Positions 1 through 8,870 of a stretch of 32,000 nt of DNA are shown piece after piece. The translations under genes were made by a program, and so were the position numbers. The stretch's first letter is position 1. Every line of letters begins with the position of its first letter. A model generated the notes under the pieces. It did not search any database and was not told the DNA's origin. It worked only from the letters and a program-made list of their open reading frames with translations. This stretch comes from Vulcanisaeta distributa DSM 14429 (GTDB taxonomy: Archaea > Thermoproteota > Thermoprotei > Thermoproteales > Thermocladiaceae), in assembly GCF_000148385.1 (NCBI RefSeq), contig NC_014537.1, positions 1,920,001 to 1,952,000 on the forward strand, given 5' to 3'.

Positions 1-2
1 TG

Positions 3-1244
3 GGATCAAAGGTCGATTTAAGTAATGTTTTTAAACATGTCGATAACCAGAGGGACTTCATAATCGAGTTATATAGGGGTTTCATACCAATAAAGGCATT
101 GGCACCTGAGAATGGCGGTGATGGCGAATGGGATAGGGCAAATTACCTATTGGGCATAGTTAGGAGGTACTTTGATGAGGTTAGGGTGATAGAAGCTCCA
201 GACAACAGGGTTAGTAAAGGATCGAGACCAAACATAGTAGCCCTGATAAAAGGACTTGATAGTTCAAGGACCTACTGGGTCATTGCACACATGGACACAG
301 TACCTGAGGGTGATAAGTCGCTGTGGAATTACGAACCCTTTAATGCCACGGTAGTTGGTGATGTGATATACGGTAGGGGTGTTGAGGATAATGGGCAGGG
401 AATCGTCATGGGGATAATAGTCGGTAAAGTTTTGAGGGAGCTCAGCATAACGCCGCCGGTTAATTATGGAGTAATATTGGCGAGTGATGAGGAGGTTGGT
501 AGTAAGTACGGCATTCAATACGTGATTAATAAGGAACCAAGCCTAATAAGTGGTAGGGACCTCGTATTGGTCCCTGACGCGGGCAATGCCGATGGCACTA
601 TGATAGAGGTTGCGGAGAAGGGCATACTCTGGGTGAAGGTCACTGTTTATGGGAAGCAAGCACATGCATCACTTCCTGAACTTGGACTTAACGCGTATAG
701 GCTTGGCAGTGAGTTAACCCTCGAAATAGATAGGAAGTTACACGAAACATTTAATTATGAGGACCCATTGTTCGTACCGCCCAAGTCAACATTCGAACCA
801 ACGAAGGTGGAACCAAATGTTGGTAATGTGAATACAATACCTGGCAAGCATGTATTCTATATTGATTGTAGAATACTGCCTAAGTATAGCATTGATGAGG
901 TTCTCAGGGTAATCAGAGACACGGCAAATAATTACTGCAATACCCACGATTGTAAGGTTGATGTTGATATCGTCAGTAGGGAAGACCCAGTACAACCAAC
1001 AAACGCAGACAGTGAAATTGTTAGGAGGCTAGCTAAGGCTATAAGGACTGTTAAGGGCCTGGAACCGAAGCTACTTGGTATTGGTGGTGGTACATACGCA
1101 CGTTACCTGAGGGCTAGGGGCATACCCGTGGCTGTTTGGATGACGTCTAAGGAAACTGCCCATGCGCCTGACGAGCATGTGCTCATCAGTGACGTCATTA
1201 GCGATATAAAGACTGTGGTTGCATCATTACTTATGGAGCCGTAG
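3..1244 (+). CDS. M20 family metallopeptidase/deacylase (ArgE/DapE/LysK-like); 5' end runs off the window
   Basis: The reading frame is open from nt 3, with no stop upstream of the TTG at 99, so the true N-terminus lies outside the window. M20 metal-ligand motifs are visible: AHMDTVP, GRGVEDNGQG, SDEEVGS and a C-terminal HAPDEH. Confidence 0.85.
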   Translation, partial: GSKVDLSNVFKHVDNQRDFIIELYRGFIPIKALAPENGGDGEWDRANYLLGIVRRYFDEVRVIEAPDNRVSKGSRPNIVALIKGLDSSRTYWVIAHMDTVPEGDKSLWNYEPFNATVVGDVIYGRGVEDNGQGIVMGIIVGKVLRELSITPPVNYGVILASDEEVGSKYGIQYVINKEPSLISGRDLVLVPDAGNADGTMIEVAEKGILWVKVTVYGKQAHASLPELGLNAYRLGSELTLEIDRKLHETFNYEDPLFVPPKSTFEPTKVEPNVGNVNTIPGKHVFYIDCRILPKYSIDEVLRVIRDTANNYCNTHDCKVDVDIVSREDPVQPTNADSEIVRRLAKAIRTVKGLEPKLLGIGGGTYARYLRARGIPVAVWMTSKETAHAPDEHVLISDVISDIKTVVASLLMEP

Positions 1245-1295
1245 TGACCTATGCCTTTTAAATTCATAGGTTTTCATATTAATTAGCAGGTAGGG

Positions 1296-2261
1296 ATGAG
1301 GGTTTTAGTAACGTTTGAGCCGTATGCAAGGAGTATAAGTCCATATGATTTGTTATCCAGGATTAACTGTGGTCAAGTCATTGAGTGGGGACGCAATAAA
1401 TGCATAGTTGACCTGGGTGATTGCGGTTCAGATGCATTATCAATTCTTAGGGATATTAATTACGTAGCCCACCTATCAATAATTGATCAAGTAATTAGCA
1501 GGGACTTGAATGCGTTGCTTGCGGTGACTAAGGAGGTATTGCTGAGCCTTATTAATAATAGGGATGGGACATTCAAGGTTATTGTCAAGAGGATGGATAA
1601 GAAATACCCAATGACCAGTATTGAACTTGCCAAGAAGCTTGGCGAGTACCTAGCCCAGGTCGCTAAGGCTGATCTGGAGGATCCTGATTACATAATATAT
1701 GTTGAGGTTAGGGAGGACTCCTTCATAGTTGCCCATTCGACCAGGGAGCTATTCCGTAAGAGGAGGGAGGCAATACCCACTGATTGGGTGGACCGCGTGG
1801 TTGGCATTGTTGAGGGTCCTAGGGAGGTCTACGAGACTATGGACCTAATACAACTTAGCCATGCCCTTGGTATTGAGGTCAGGTTAATAACGAGCCCATT
1901 GCTCATTGATAGAGCGTTGAAGGCCTTGAGACTTGGTTCCCTGCCCAGGGTTAAGGTTGTGGGTATTGATGAGGCGTTGGATGATGTTGACATACCAATT
2001 GTGTTGTCAATGCATGCCAATTATAATGAGAGGAAGTTGATTGAAGTGAGTAGGGAGGCGTTAAGTAAGGGTTTGAGAATTGGCTTGATACTTGGTAATG
2101 AGTATGATGATGTTAGCCTGAGCCTAAGGAGTAGGGCTATGTATGAGATTAGGCTTGGCCCGATGACTGGTCACCCCATGAGAACCACGGTTGCGTTGGC
2201 CTATGCCATTAGTGTTATATACACAACGTGGTTAATGAGCAGTGATGCTTCCAGAGATTAG
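1296..2261 (+). CDS. THUMP domain fused to a SPOUT (SpoU/TrmH-like) RNA methyltransferase domain
   Basis: The N-terminal half has a THUMP-like pattern (FKVIVKRMDKKYPMTSIELAKKLGEYL...DPDYIIYVEVREDSFIV). The C-terminal half has a SPOUT knot-like motif (LILGNEYDDVSLSLRSRAMYEIRLGPMTGHPMRTTVALAYAISVIY). A TATA-like TTTTAAAT lies ~35 nt upstream. Confidence 0.6.
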   Translation: MRVLVTFEPYARSISPYDLLSRINCGQVIEWGRNKCIVDLGDCGSDALSILRDINYVAHLSIIDQVISRDLNALLAVTKEVLLSLINNRDGTFKVIVKRMDKKYPMTSIELAKKLGEYLAQVAKADLEDPDYIIYVEVREDSFIVAHSTRELFRKRREAIPTDWVDRVVGIVEGPREVYETMDLIQLSHALGIEVRLITSPLLIDRALKALRLGSLPRVKVVGIDEALDDVDIPIVLSMHANYNERKLIEVSREALSKGLRIGLILGNEYDDVSLSLRSRAMYEIRLGPMTGHPMRTTVALAYAISVIYTTWLMSSDASRD

Positions 2262-2340
2262 TATTGGTCGTGGAAGGTTTAAGGCATTGCCCAATAAGTA
2301 TGCATTACTATTTATGGTTTGGTATTCGAGGGGCTCATCA

Positions 2341-2775
2341 ATGAGTCTCTACAGGTTATTGCTCACAACATACCTGGCATCGCATGTTGTTAGGTACATG
2401 TTCGAGAACCCACCCATCATTAGTAGGTCTATTTTGAAGGATTTAGGTGAGTTGATTAATGAGGGTTTAATTGAATTAAGGACTTTGAATGGTAGGTCGA
2501 TTATTAAAGTCACGGATAGGGGTAGGAGGTTAATCGGTGAGTTGTATGGTTTAAGTAATGAGTATGTACTGTTTGGTGATTACTTAATAGTTAGGTTGAG
2601 GGATTTATTCAATGAGTTGGCTAGGCTCGTTAATGCATACCAGGATATGGATACTGCCGTGCTACTCTCAATAGCGCTTAGGGAGGCATCGCTCAGGGAG
2701 GGTGGGGTTGAGGGTAACGTATTGAGGGATTTAGCCTTTGACCTGAGGAGGCCGTGTGAGAACGCGCTTGGTTAG
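2341..2775 (+). CDS. hypothetical protein, possible winged-helix DNA-binding fold
   Basis: The ORF is open from 2242. The ATG at 2341 has a TATA-like TTACTATTTAT ~25 nt upstream, so I prefer it as the start. The segment [38 protein letters not shown] resembles a wHTH. No family was recognised. Confidence 0.4.
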   Translation: MSLYRLLLTTYLASHVVRYMFENPPIISRSILKDLGELINEGLIELRTLNGRSIIKVTDRGRRLIGELYGLSNEYVLFGDYLIVRLRDLFNELARLVNAYQDMDTAVLLSIALREASLREGGVEGNVLRDLAFDLRRPCENALG

Positions 2776-2782
2776 CATAATG

Positions 2783-2790
2783 TTTTTAAT
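2783..2790 (+). promoter_or_regulatory. TATA box for rpl15e (leaderless transcript implied)
   Basis: TTTTTAAT is centred ~27 nt upstream of the ATG at 2813. Confidence 0.5.
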
Positions 2791-2812
2791 ACCCACACAT
2801 AACCCGGTCTTG

Positions 2813-3376
2813 ATGGCGAAGGGGCTTTACCACTATTTAGCCGAGGCGTGGGCTGGGGCCAGGAGTAGCTGGATTTGGGATGTGGTAATGAAGCAGCGGT
2901 TGATAGAGTGGCGTAGAGAGCCGTCTATTGTTAGGGTCGAGAAGCCCACGAGGATTAACAAGGCCAGGCAGTATGGCTATAAGGCTAAGCAGGGGATAAT
3001 AGTCGTTAGGGTTAGGCTCAGGAGGGGTCCATTTAACAGGAGGAGACCCAACAGTGGGAGGAGGCCAAAGAGGATGGGTGTTTATGGAATAACCACCAGC
3101 AAGAGTCTTCAATTGATTGCTGAGGAGAGGGCCGCCAGGAAGCACCCAAATATGGAGGTTCTTGGTTCGTATTGGGTTGGTGAGGATGGCACGTACGTGT
3201 GGTACGAGGTAATACTAGTTGACCCAAGCCACCCAGCCATTAGGAGTGACCCTGACTTTGCCTGGCTTGTTGGTAAGGAGGATAGGGAGGGACGTAGGAG
3301 GAGAAGGTTGAGGGAGAGGCAGAGGAAGTTGATTGAGAGGTTGAGGAAAAGGGCTGAGCAGTCTCAATCACAATAA
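2813..3376 (+). CDS. rpl15e: 50S ribosomal protein L15e
   Basis: [13 protein letters not shown]...[44 protein letters not shown]...[24 protein letters not shown] is unmistakably L15e. The ORF-track start at 2756 adds 19 non-homologous residues, so the ATG at 2813 is preferred. Confidence 0.95.
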   Translation: MAKGLYHYLAEAWAGARSSWIWDVVMKQRLIEWRREPSIVRVEKPTRINKARQYGYKAKQGIIVVRVRLRRGPFNRRRPNSGRRPKRMGVYGITTSKSLQLIAEERAARKHPNMEVLGSYWVGEDGTYVWYEVILVDPSHPAIRSDPDFAWLVGKEDREGRRRRRLRERQRKLIERLRKRAEQSQSQ

Positions 3377-3395
3377 TCATAAATCCTCACCTTCT

Positions 3396-3803
3396 ATGGC
3401 AATTACTCAACTAGACCTTGAAGTTAATATACACGCAACTGAGGACTTAGATAGAGCGATTAATTACCTGACCAGGTTATTGACGGATAAGGCGCCAATA
3501 GTGGTTGAGGTGCTTTATGGGCATTATGGCAACCCAATATATAGGGTTCAATCATCCATTAGGGATAAGGATTTAGCGATGAGCATCATAAGGTCCATAT
3601 GCTCATCACTTGTCAATAGGGATTACCTATTGAAGACCCTTGGGAATAGGGTTGATGGTTCCGGTAACGTCTTCCTTAGGCTTGATAAGCAGGAATTTGC
3701 GAGGGGCCGTATCGTGATTAGCGATGGTGATGACGTGATTAGGATTAGGTTCAGGGTTACGGGTGTTGATGCCGTGCAGTTTATTAATGAGGTTTGTAAA
3801 TAA
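3396..3803 (+). CDS. small RNA-binding protein of the COG1325/DUF54 type (exosome-superoperon associated)
   Basis: It is 135 aa and sits between rpl15e and the RNase P subunit genes, as in the conserved archaeal L15e-COG1325-Rpp30-Pop5 gene order. The call rests mainly on synteny. Confidence 0.5.
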   Translation: MAITQLDLEVNIHATEDLDRAINYLTRLLTDKAPIVVEVLYGHYGNPIYRVQSSIRDKDLAMSIIRSICSSLVNRDYLLKTLGNRVDGSGNVFLRLDKQEFARGRIVISDGDDVIRIRFRVTGVDAVQFINEVCK

Positions 3804-3811
3804 GTATTTAA

Positions 3812-4405
3812 ATGTTCGTAGAATTACACCTAGGCTCTACGGATAGGAAATTGATTAGATTATTGAAGGCACTCGGTTATGGTTTAGTGGCGTTGGTGAT
3901 TGGTGGTAATGATGTTGAGGAATTACCGACCTTTAGGAAGCTTGTGATTACGAGAGGTAGTGCCTGGAAAATAAGGATGTTTAAAAACTTCGACATAGTG
4001 TCTGTGGTGCCGTGGAGTAGGTTCGTACTTAATAAGTTGATAAGCGATGATAGGGTTGATGTAGTAACAATCAACGAGGTTAATAGGGACATCCTGCCAT
4101 CAAAGGCCCAGGCCAGGGTTATGGCTAGGGAGGGTAAGGCGTTGGAGATCGTTATAAACTCTATTGTGAGTAATGGCGAGGCTGGACTTGCATTCCTTAG
4201 GGATGTTATTAATGAGTATTCAACGATCGACGGTCTTAGGATAATAGTGTCCCAGGGCGTAAGTAAAGTGTCTGATGTTAGAAATCCCAGGGATATCGCG
4301 AAATTAATAGAGGTATTAACTAATGCCAATGCTAAGCCGCTGGTTAGTGATAATCCATATGAGGTACTTGTTGATGCTTTGTATAAGAGGGGCGTCTGTT
4401 TATGA
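3812..4405 (+). CDS. rnp3: RNase P protein component 3 (Rpp30 homolog)
   Basis: It is 197 aa with a TIM-barrel-like alternating pattern. The C-terminal ...GLRIIVSQGVSKVSDVRNPRDIAKLIEVL matches the Rpp30 pattern (SSDA...elR.PrD). Position in the conserved block supports the call. Its stop overlaps the next start (ATGA at 4402-4405). Confidence 0.65.
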   Translation: MFVELHLGSTDRKLIRLLKALGYGLVALVIGGNDVEELPTFRKLVITRGSAWKIRMFKNFDIVSVVPWSRFVLNKLISDDRVDVVTINEVNRDILPSKAQARVMAREGKALEIVINSIVSNGEAGLAFLRDVINEYSTIDGLRIIVSQGVSKVSDVRNPRDIAKLIEVLTNANAKPLVSDNPYEVLVDALYKRGVCL

Positions 4406-4725
4406 GGTATGTAGTAATTGATGTTTACCCAAGGGAATACATCGATAAGGTGATTAGTGAATTAAATAATTGGTTTAGGTTCTTTGCCGGTAAAGATGCC
4501 ATTGGTATTGAATTAAGAATTATTGCGAAGTATGAAGGAAGGGGCAGGTTAGTTATTCAGGTACCTAATGACTTGCTTAAGTACCTAAGGTCATCAGTCG
4601 CAATGGCTGGTAGGGAGAGCGAGGTTGCAGTTATTACTGTTAAGGTGACGGGCACCATGAGGAAGGCATTGGCTATAGCATCCTCAGTGCCTTACACGTT
4701 TAACGAATTTCTCGGACAGTCTTAA
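4402..4725 (+). CDS. rnp2: RNase P protein component 2 (Pop5/Rpp14 homolog)
   Basis: It is 107 aa with an MRYVVIDV... N-terminus typical of Pop5. It is translationally coupled to the Rpp30 gene and keeps the conserved order. Confidence 0.6.
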   Translation: MRYVVIDVYPREYIDKVISELNNWFRFFAGKDAIGIELRIIAKYEGRGRLVIQVPNDLLKYLRSSVAMAGRESEVAVITVKVTGTMRKALAIASSVPYTFNEFLGQS

Positions 4726-4779
4726 TCAGCTCGTCGTGAGGTCTTCACGGTTCAGTTTTGATACCCATCATCACTTAGG
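4723..4779 (-). ncRNA. C/D box sRNA (2'-O-methylation guide)
   Basis: The minus strand reads ccuaaGUGAUGAugggguaucaaaa-type architecture, exactly: C box GTGATGA (4774-4768), 12-nt guide tgggtatcaaaa, D' CTGA, linker acc, C' GTGAAGA, 12-nt guide cctcacgacgag, D box CTGA (4729-4726). Confidence 0.8.
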
Positions 4780-4818
4780 TACTACTAATTCACCTACTTA
4801 AATGGTTTTTATTCCCAA

Positions 4819-5313
4819 TTATTGCAATGGTGTTGCCTGCTTAATACTATAGTAACCCCTATTATAGTAAATTAATGGCAGTTTATTATTCATTATTTGG
4901 GCATCAACAACCTCGCCAACAAATATTGTATGATCACCACCTGGATATTTAGCGGTTACCCTACAGTCTAGGTATGCTATTGCACCCTCAATTATTGGTG
5001 AACCGGTCTTTGCGGTCTTTATTCTCAAGCCTTTAAACCTCTCCTCCCTTGGTGCGGTGGCGAATTTAATGGCTAAGTCCTTCATATCGTCGGGTAGTAT
5101 ATTAACGGCATAAACATTTGATTTATCAATAGCCTCATGACTAACCAGCCTCTTATCAATCGCTATAAGCACCAGTGGTGGATCGAGTGACAGCGATGTG
5201 AAGGAGTTGACGGTTAACCCATAATACTCATTGTTATAAACCGTGGTTACTATCGTGACACCCGTTGGGTAATTCCTCATTATTGCCTTAAGTAATTCGC
5301 CCGTTATGGACAT
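4819..5313 (-). CDS. flavin reductase-like FMN-binding protein
   Basis: NYPTGVTIVTT...GLTVNSFTSLSLDPPLVLIAIDK...GDHTIFVGEVV is the classic flavin_reduct domain pattern. Confidence 0.8.
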   Translation of the reverse strand: MSITGELLKAIMRNYPTGVTIVTTVYNNEYYGLTVNSFTSLSLDPPLVLIAIDKRLVSHEAIDKSNVYAVNILPDDMKDLAIKFATAPREERFKGLRIKTAKTGSPIIEGAIAYLDCRVTAKYPGGDHTIFVGEVVDAQIMNNKLPLIYYNRGYYSIKQATPLQ

Positions 5314-5367
5314 TGTAGCGTGATATTTTTATTGTTATTAAAAACCTATGTTCCCGATTAATTTAAC

Positions 5368-6384
5368 TTACCTCTTAACGTATAGCCAGCACTTAACGAA
5401 TACGCCAGGCCTTGCCTCAACCACTGGTGGTTCCTGCCTCTTACAGATATCCATCGCATATGGGCATCTTGGGTGGAACCTACAGCCAGATGGTGGATTA
5501 ACTAAGTTAGGCGGTTCACCAGGAGCTACCTTCCTCTCCCTCAGCCTATTACTTGGGTCTGGGTCGGGTATCGCCTCAATGAGCGACTGAGCATATGGGT
5601 GAAGTGGGTTCTTAATCACGTCCCTGAATGGGCCGTACTCGGCGAATTGGCCTGCGTACATTATTAATATATAGTCGCTGAAGTACTTTGCGGTTGATAT
5701 ATCATGGGTTATGTACATGAATGCCATCTTATGTCTTTGCTGAATATCCTTAAGTATTGTTAGTATCTCAACCCTTATTGATGCGTCAAGCATTGATACA
5801 GGCTCATCGGCAACTATGAAGTCTGGATTCGTTATTATAGCCCTTGCAATCGCAACTCTCTGTCTTTGGCCGCCGCTGAGCATGTGTGGGTACTTATTAA
5901 TGAAGTCCTCGGGTGGTGTCAGTTTAACCTCCTCAAGTGCTTTGTAAATCCTTTCTTCCCTCTCGTCTCTTGCTACTCCCTGTATCATTAGTGGCTCTTC
6001 AAGTATGAAGTGAATGCTATGAAATGGATTAAGGCTTGAATACGGGTCTTGAAACACCATACTAACCCTTCTTCTAAACCCTATTTTCTTCAATTCCTCC
6101 TCCTTCATATGCGTTATATTAACGCCATCAAAATATATTTCTCCAGAAATAGGTTCAAGGAGCCTAATGAGTGTCCTACCCAGCGTAGTCTTTCCACTAC
6201 CCGACTCACCAATAACAGCCAATGTGATGCCTCTATCAATGCCTAAGCTAATATCATCAACGGCCTTAACGTACCTCGGCTTTGCAAATAAGCCAGGCTT
6301 TATTGTATAATACGTCCTTAATCTATGGGCAACAACAAGACTATCCTTCCTAACCCACGGCGCATCCTCAAAGACCTCAGGCAT
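5368..6384 (-). CDS. ABC transporter ATP-binding protein, OppF/DppF type
   Basis: Walker A GESGSGKTT, signature LSGGQRQR and Walker B FIVADEPVSMLD are present, along with the C-terminal oligopeptide-type extension with the Cys motif GCRFHPRCP. Confidence 0.9.
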   Translation of the reverse strand: MPEVFEDAPWVRKDSLVVAHRLRTYYTIKPGLFAKPRYVKAVDDISLGIDRGITLAVIGESGSGKTTLGRTLIRLLEPISGEIYFDGVNITHMKEEELKKIGFRRRVSMVFQDPYSSLNPFHSIHFILEEPLMIQGVARDEREERIYKALEEVKLTPPEDFINKYPHMLSGGQRQRVAIARAIITNPDFIVADEPVSMLDASIRVEILTILKDIQQRHKMAFMYITHDISTAKYFSDYILIMYAGQFAEYGPFRDVIKNPLHPYAQSLIEAIPDPDPSNRLRERKVAPGEPPNLVNPPSGCRFHPRCPYAMDICKRQEPPVVEARPGVFVKCWLYVKR

Positions 6385-6458
6385 ATAGCGATTATGCCAT
6401 TCAAGGATTGTTTAAAAATTTAACCTATATTTGCATTTATAATTTATTTGTGTATAAA

Positions 6459-7448
6459 TTATTTATATAACCAACAAGCCACGAGATGCTTCCTACTGGC
6501 CTTACTCTCGAGTTCCATCATTGGCGGTTCCTTAGCATCGCAAAGACCCTTCAGATAATCCCTATCCCTATAGAATGGGCATCTTGGGTGGAACCTACAG
6601 CCAGGCGGTGGGCTTATTAGACTCGGTACCTCACCAGGTATGAATGATAAAGTCTTATCTACCCTTAGCGTTGGCGCACTAGATATTAAGCCCTGGGTAT
6701 ATGGGTGGCTTGGGTTTCCGTAAATATCCTCTGCACCACCTATTTCCACCATCTTACCGGCATACATTATAGCGACGGAGTCCGCGAGTTCGCTTGCCAG
6801 CGCTAAATCGTGTGTTATGAAGATGTATGATAGTTTATACTCCCACTTAAGCTTCTTAAGTAGGTTCATTATGTTTGCCTGGGTTATTACGTCAAGAGCC
6901 GATGTAGGCTCATCGAGAATAACTATTTTAGGATGAGCCATTATGGCCATGGCTATTATGACCCTCTGCTTCATACCACCACTGAGTTGATGTGGATACC
7001 TACTCACGATATCCCTAGGCAATCCAACGGATTCAAGCGCATCCATTGCCATCTTTAATGCCTCATCCTTACTAGTTCCCTGTAATAGTAGTGGTTCAAT
7101 CATTTGATCGCCGATCCTTATCACCGGGTTCAGGGCATTCATTGATGCTTGAGGTACCATTGCAATCTTCTTCCACCTGATTTCCCTCCTAAACTCCTCC
7201 TCAGGTATATGAAGGACTTCCTTACCATCAAGGTAGATCTCACCATCAATGAGCGATACATTCCTCTCCCAAACCCTAACAAGTAATTTAGCCAGGGTGG
7301 ACTTACCACTGCCTGACTCACCAACTACGGCTAAGGTCTCTCCCTCATTTAATTCGAAGGATACGTCATCGACTGCCTTAACGATGCCCTTCGTTGTTGT
7401 GTAGTAAAGCCTTGCATGTTTAACCTCGAGTAATGCCATGCCCATCAC
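6459..7448 (-). CDS. ABC transporter ATP-binding protein, OppD/DppD type
   Basis: Walker A GESGSGKST, signature LSGGMKQR, Walker B IVILDEPTSALD and the C-terminal GCRFHPRCP motif are present. There is a 4-nt overlap with the upstream permease gene. Confidence 0.9.
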   Translation of the reverse strand: MMGMALLEVKHARLYYTTTKGIVKAVDDVSFELNEGETLAVVGESGSGKSTLAKLLVRVWERNVSLIDGEIYLDGKEVLHIPEEEFRREIRWKKIAMVPQASMNALNPVIRIGDQMIEPLLLQGTSKDEALKMAMDALESVGLPRDIVSRYPHQLSGGMKQRVIIAMAIMAHPKIVILDEPTSALDVITQANIMNLLKKLKWEYKLSYIFITHDLALASELADSVAIMYAGKMVEIGGAEDIYGNPSHPYTQGLISSAPTLRVDKTLSFIPGEVPSLISPPPGCRFHPRCPFYRDRDYLKGLCDAKEPPMMELESKASRKHLVACWLYK

Positions 7449-8869
7449 CCATACCTAAGCCTTGGGTTAACCACGGGCTCCGATGCCATGGCGGTCAATA
7501 TAAACACTACCGCCACGAAGGCAACAAGAAGTCCCGGCGGTATGACCCACCACCAATAACCAGATGTTAATGCGCCAAATTCATCAGCGTAATATAGGAG
7601 CGTGCCCCATGTTGGGTATTCAGAACCCGCTAGGCCCAGGAAGTTTATAGAGGCCAGTGTCAGTATTGCGCCGGGCACATTCGTAACCAGTAGGTAAAGT
7701 ATGTATGGAATTATCTGGGGCAGTATGTGGTTTCTCAATATCCACATCCTACTGGCACCTGCTATCACCGCAGATTCTATGTATTGGGCACTCCTTATCT
7801 GCATAATCATCGCCCTGATGATCCTAGCCGACGCGCCCCAGGACACGATTGCCAGGAATACCACGGCATCCCAAATACTCCAACCAAATAGGACTGAGAA
7901 GACAATTAATAATGGGAAGGCCGGTAATAATATCACAAAGTCCGTAAGCCTCATTAAAAATTCATCAACAAGTCCACCATAGAATCCAGCCACAATACCA
8001 ATTATTACCGCTATAACCACTATTATCAACGCAGAGAGCAGGCCAACAGCGAGGTCTATTGGGAAACCTGCCAGCAAGCCAAGCCATAGGTCATGACCCT
8101 CATTATCAGTACCCATTAAACCATATATCTGACCCTGAAGCACAATCTCAAGGTCATTCCTATTAATCACGGTTGAGTTCTGCGAAAATACGTAAAACAC
8201 CATAACGAACTTATACGGCCCCTTTAACGGCACTAGCTTACCATTATCAACTGTATAGAATAGGTACGGTGTCGCAGATGATCCGGTGGGTACAATGCTG
8301 CTAATGTGGTATTCCTCATTATAGAATAAGTTAACCTGACTAACGACCTCTGGAGCCACACCAAGAGTTGTTACCTTCGTGTTAATGGGTAGTGGGCCAA
8401 GCGTTATCTTACTTCCGTCAGGCCTATAAACCGTTATTGACACCACTGGGGGTTGGGACATGCTATATATGGCTGGGTTATTAATTACAATAAACAATTC
8501 ATTCCATGGTTTATCATACTTATAGTTAACGCTGAACGTCACCGTAATATAGGTAACCCCACTCTGTTGTTGGACGGTAAATGTATAGTCATTTACGTAA
8601 ATCTGCGGTGAGTAGACAGGCCCTATTATTGAGTCAACCCAGGCAGGTGGTGCGTACTGCGGATTTAACTCCCAATACTTTGGGTTATTCCATACATTTG
8701 CGAAGTTTGGTGGTAATACTATTAATGCGTATATTGATACCACCACTAATACTATGAATAATGCAGCCGCAACCTTACCCGTACCTGATGAGAAGAACTC
8801 CTTAGTGATCTCGCTTGGTGTCATTCCAAGGATCCTGAACTCACGCTGTTTCTTCGCCATATCCACCAC
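7445..8869 (-). CDS. ABC transporter permease, OppC/DppC type, with enlarged extracytoplasmic loop
   Basis: LMGTDNEGHDLW precedes the TM bundle, and multiple C-terminal TM helices follow. About 200 aa of beta-rich sequence lie between TM1 and that motif. Confidence 0.85.
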   Translation of the reverse strand: MVDMAKKQREFRILGMTPSEITKEFFSSGTGKVAAALFIVLVVVSIYALIVLPPNFANVWNNPKYWELNPQYAPPAWVDSIIGPVYSPQIYVNDYTFTVQQQSGVTYITVTFSVNYKYDKPWNELFIVINNPAIYSMSQPPVVSITVYRPDGSKITLGPLPINTKVTTLGVAPEVVSQVNLFYNEEYHISSIVPTGSSATPYLFYTVDNGKLVPLKGPYKFVMVFYVFSQNSTVINRNDLEIVLQGQIYGLMGTDNEGHDLWLGLLAGFPIDLAVGLLSALIIVVIAVIIGIVAGFYGGLVDEFLMRLTDFVILLPAFPLLIVFSVLFGWSIWDAVVFLAIVSWGASARIIRAMIMQIRSAQYIESAVIAGASRMWILRNHILPQIIPYILYLLVTNVPGAILTLASINFLGLAGSEYPTWGTLLYYADEFGALTSGYWWWVIPPGLLVAFVAVVFILTAMASEPVVNPRLRYG

Positions 8870-8870
8870 C

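Noticed and set aside
2242-2340. The N-terminal extension of the hypothetical ORF, which overlaps the THUMP-SPOUT gene end.
   Set aside because: The ATG at 2341 has a properly spaced TATA-like element, and the extension is hydrophobic junk-like sequence. The longer form cannot be excluded.
3877-4329. Long antisense ORFs opposite well-supported genes: 3877-4329 (150 aa), 15727-16140 (137 aa), 19248-19766 (172 aa), plus the many 60-100 aa ones.
   Set aside because: Their S/L/T/P-rich, low-complexity translations are typical of the reverse strand of purine-rich coding sequence. Each lies fully inside a gene with clear family motifs. The only antisense ORF with real coding content is 14848-15111, reported as the inversion.
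4726-4774. Assigning the C/D sRNA guides to 16S rRNA positions.
   Set aside because: The complementarity to the conserved 16S stretches I remember is imperfect (about 8-9 of 12), and the organism's own rRNA sequence is not available here.
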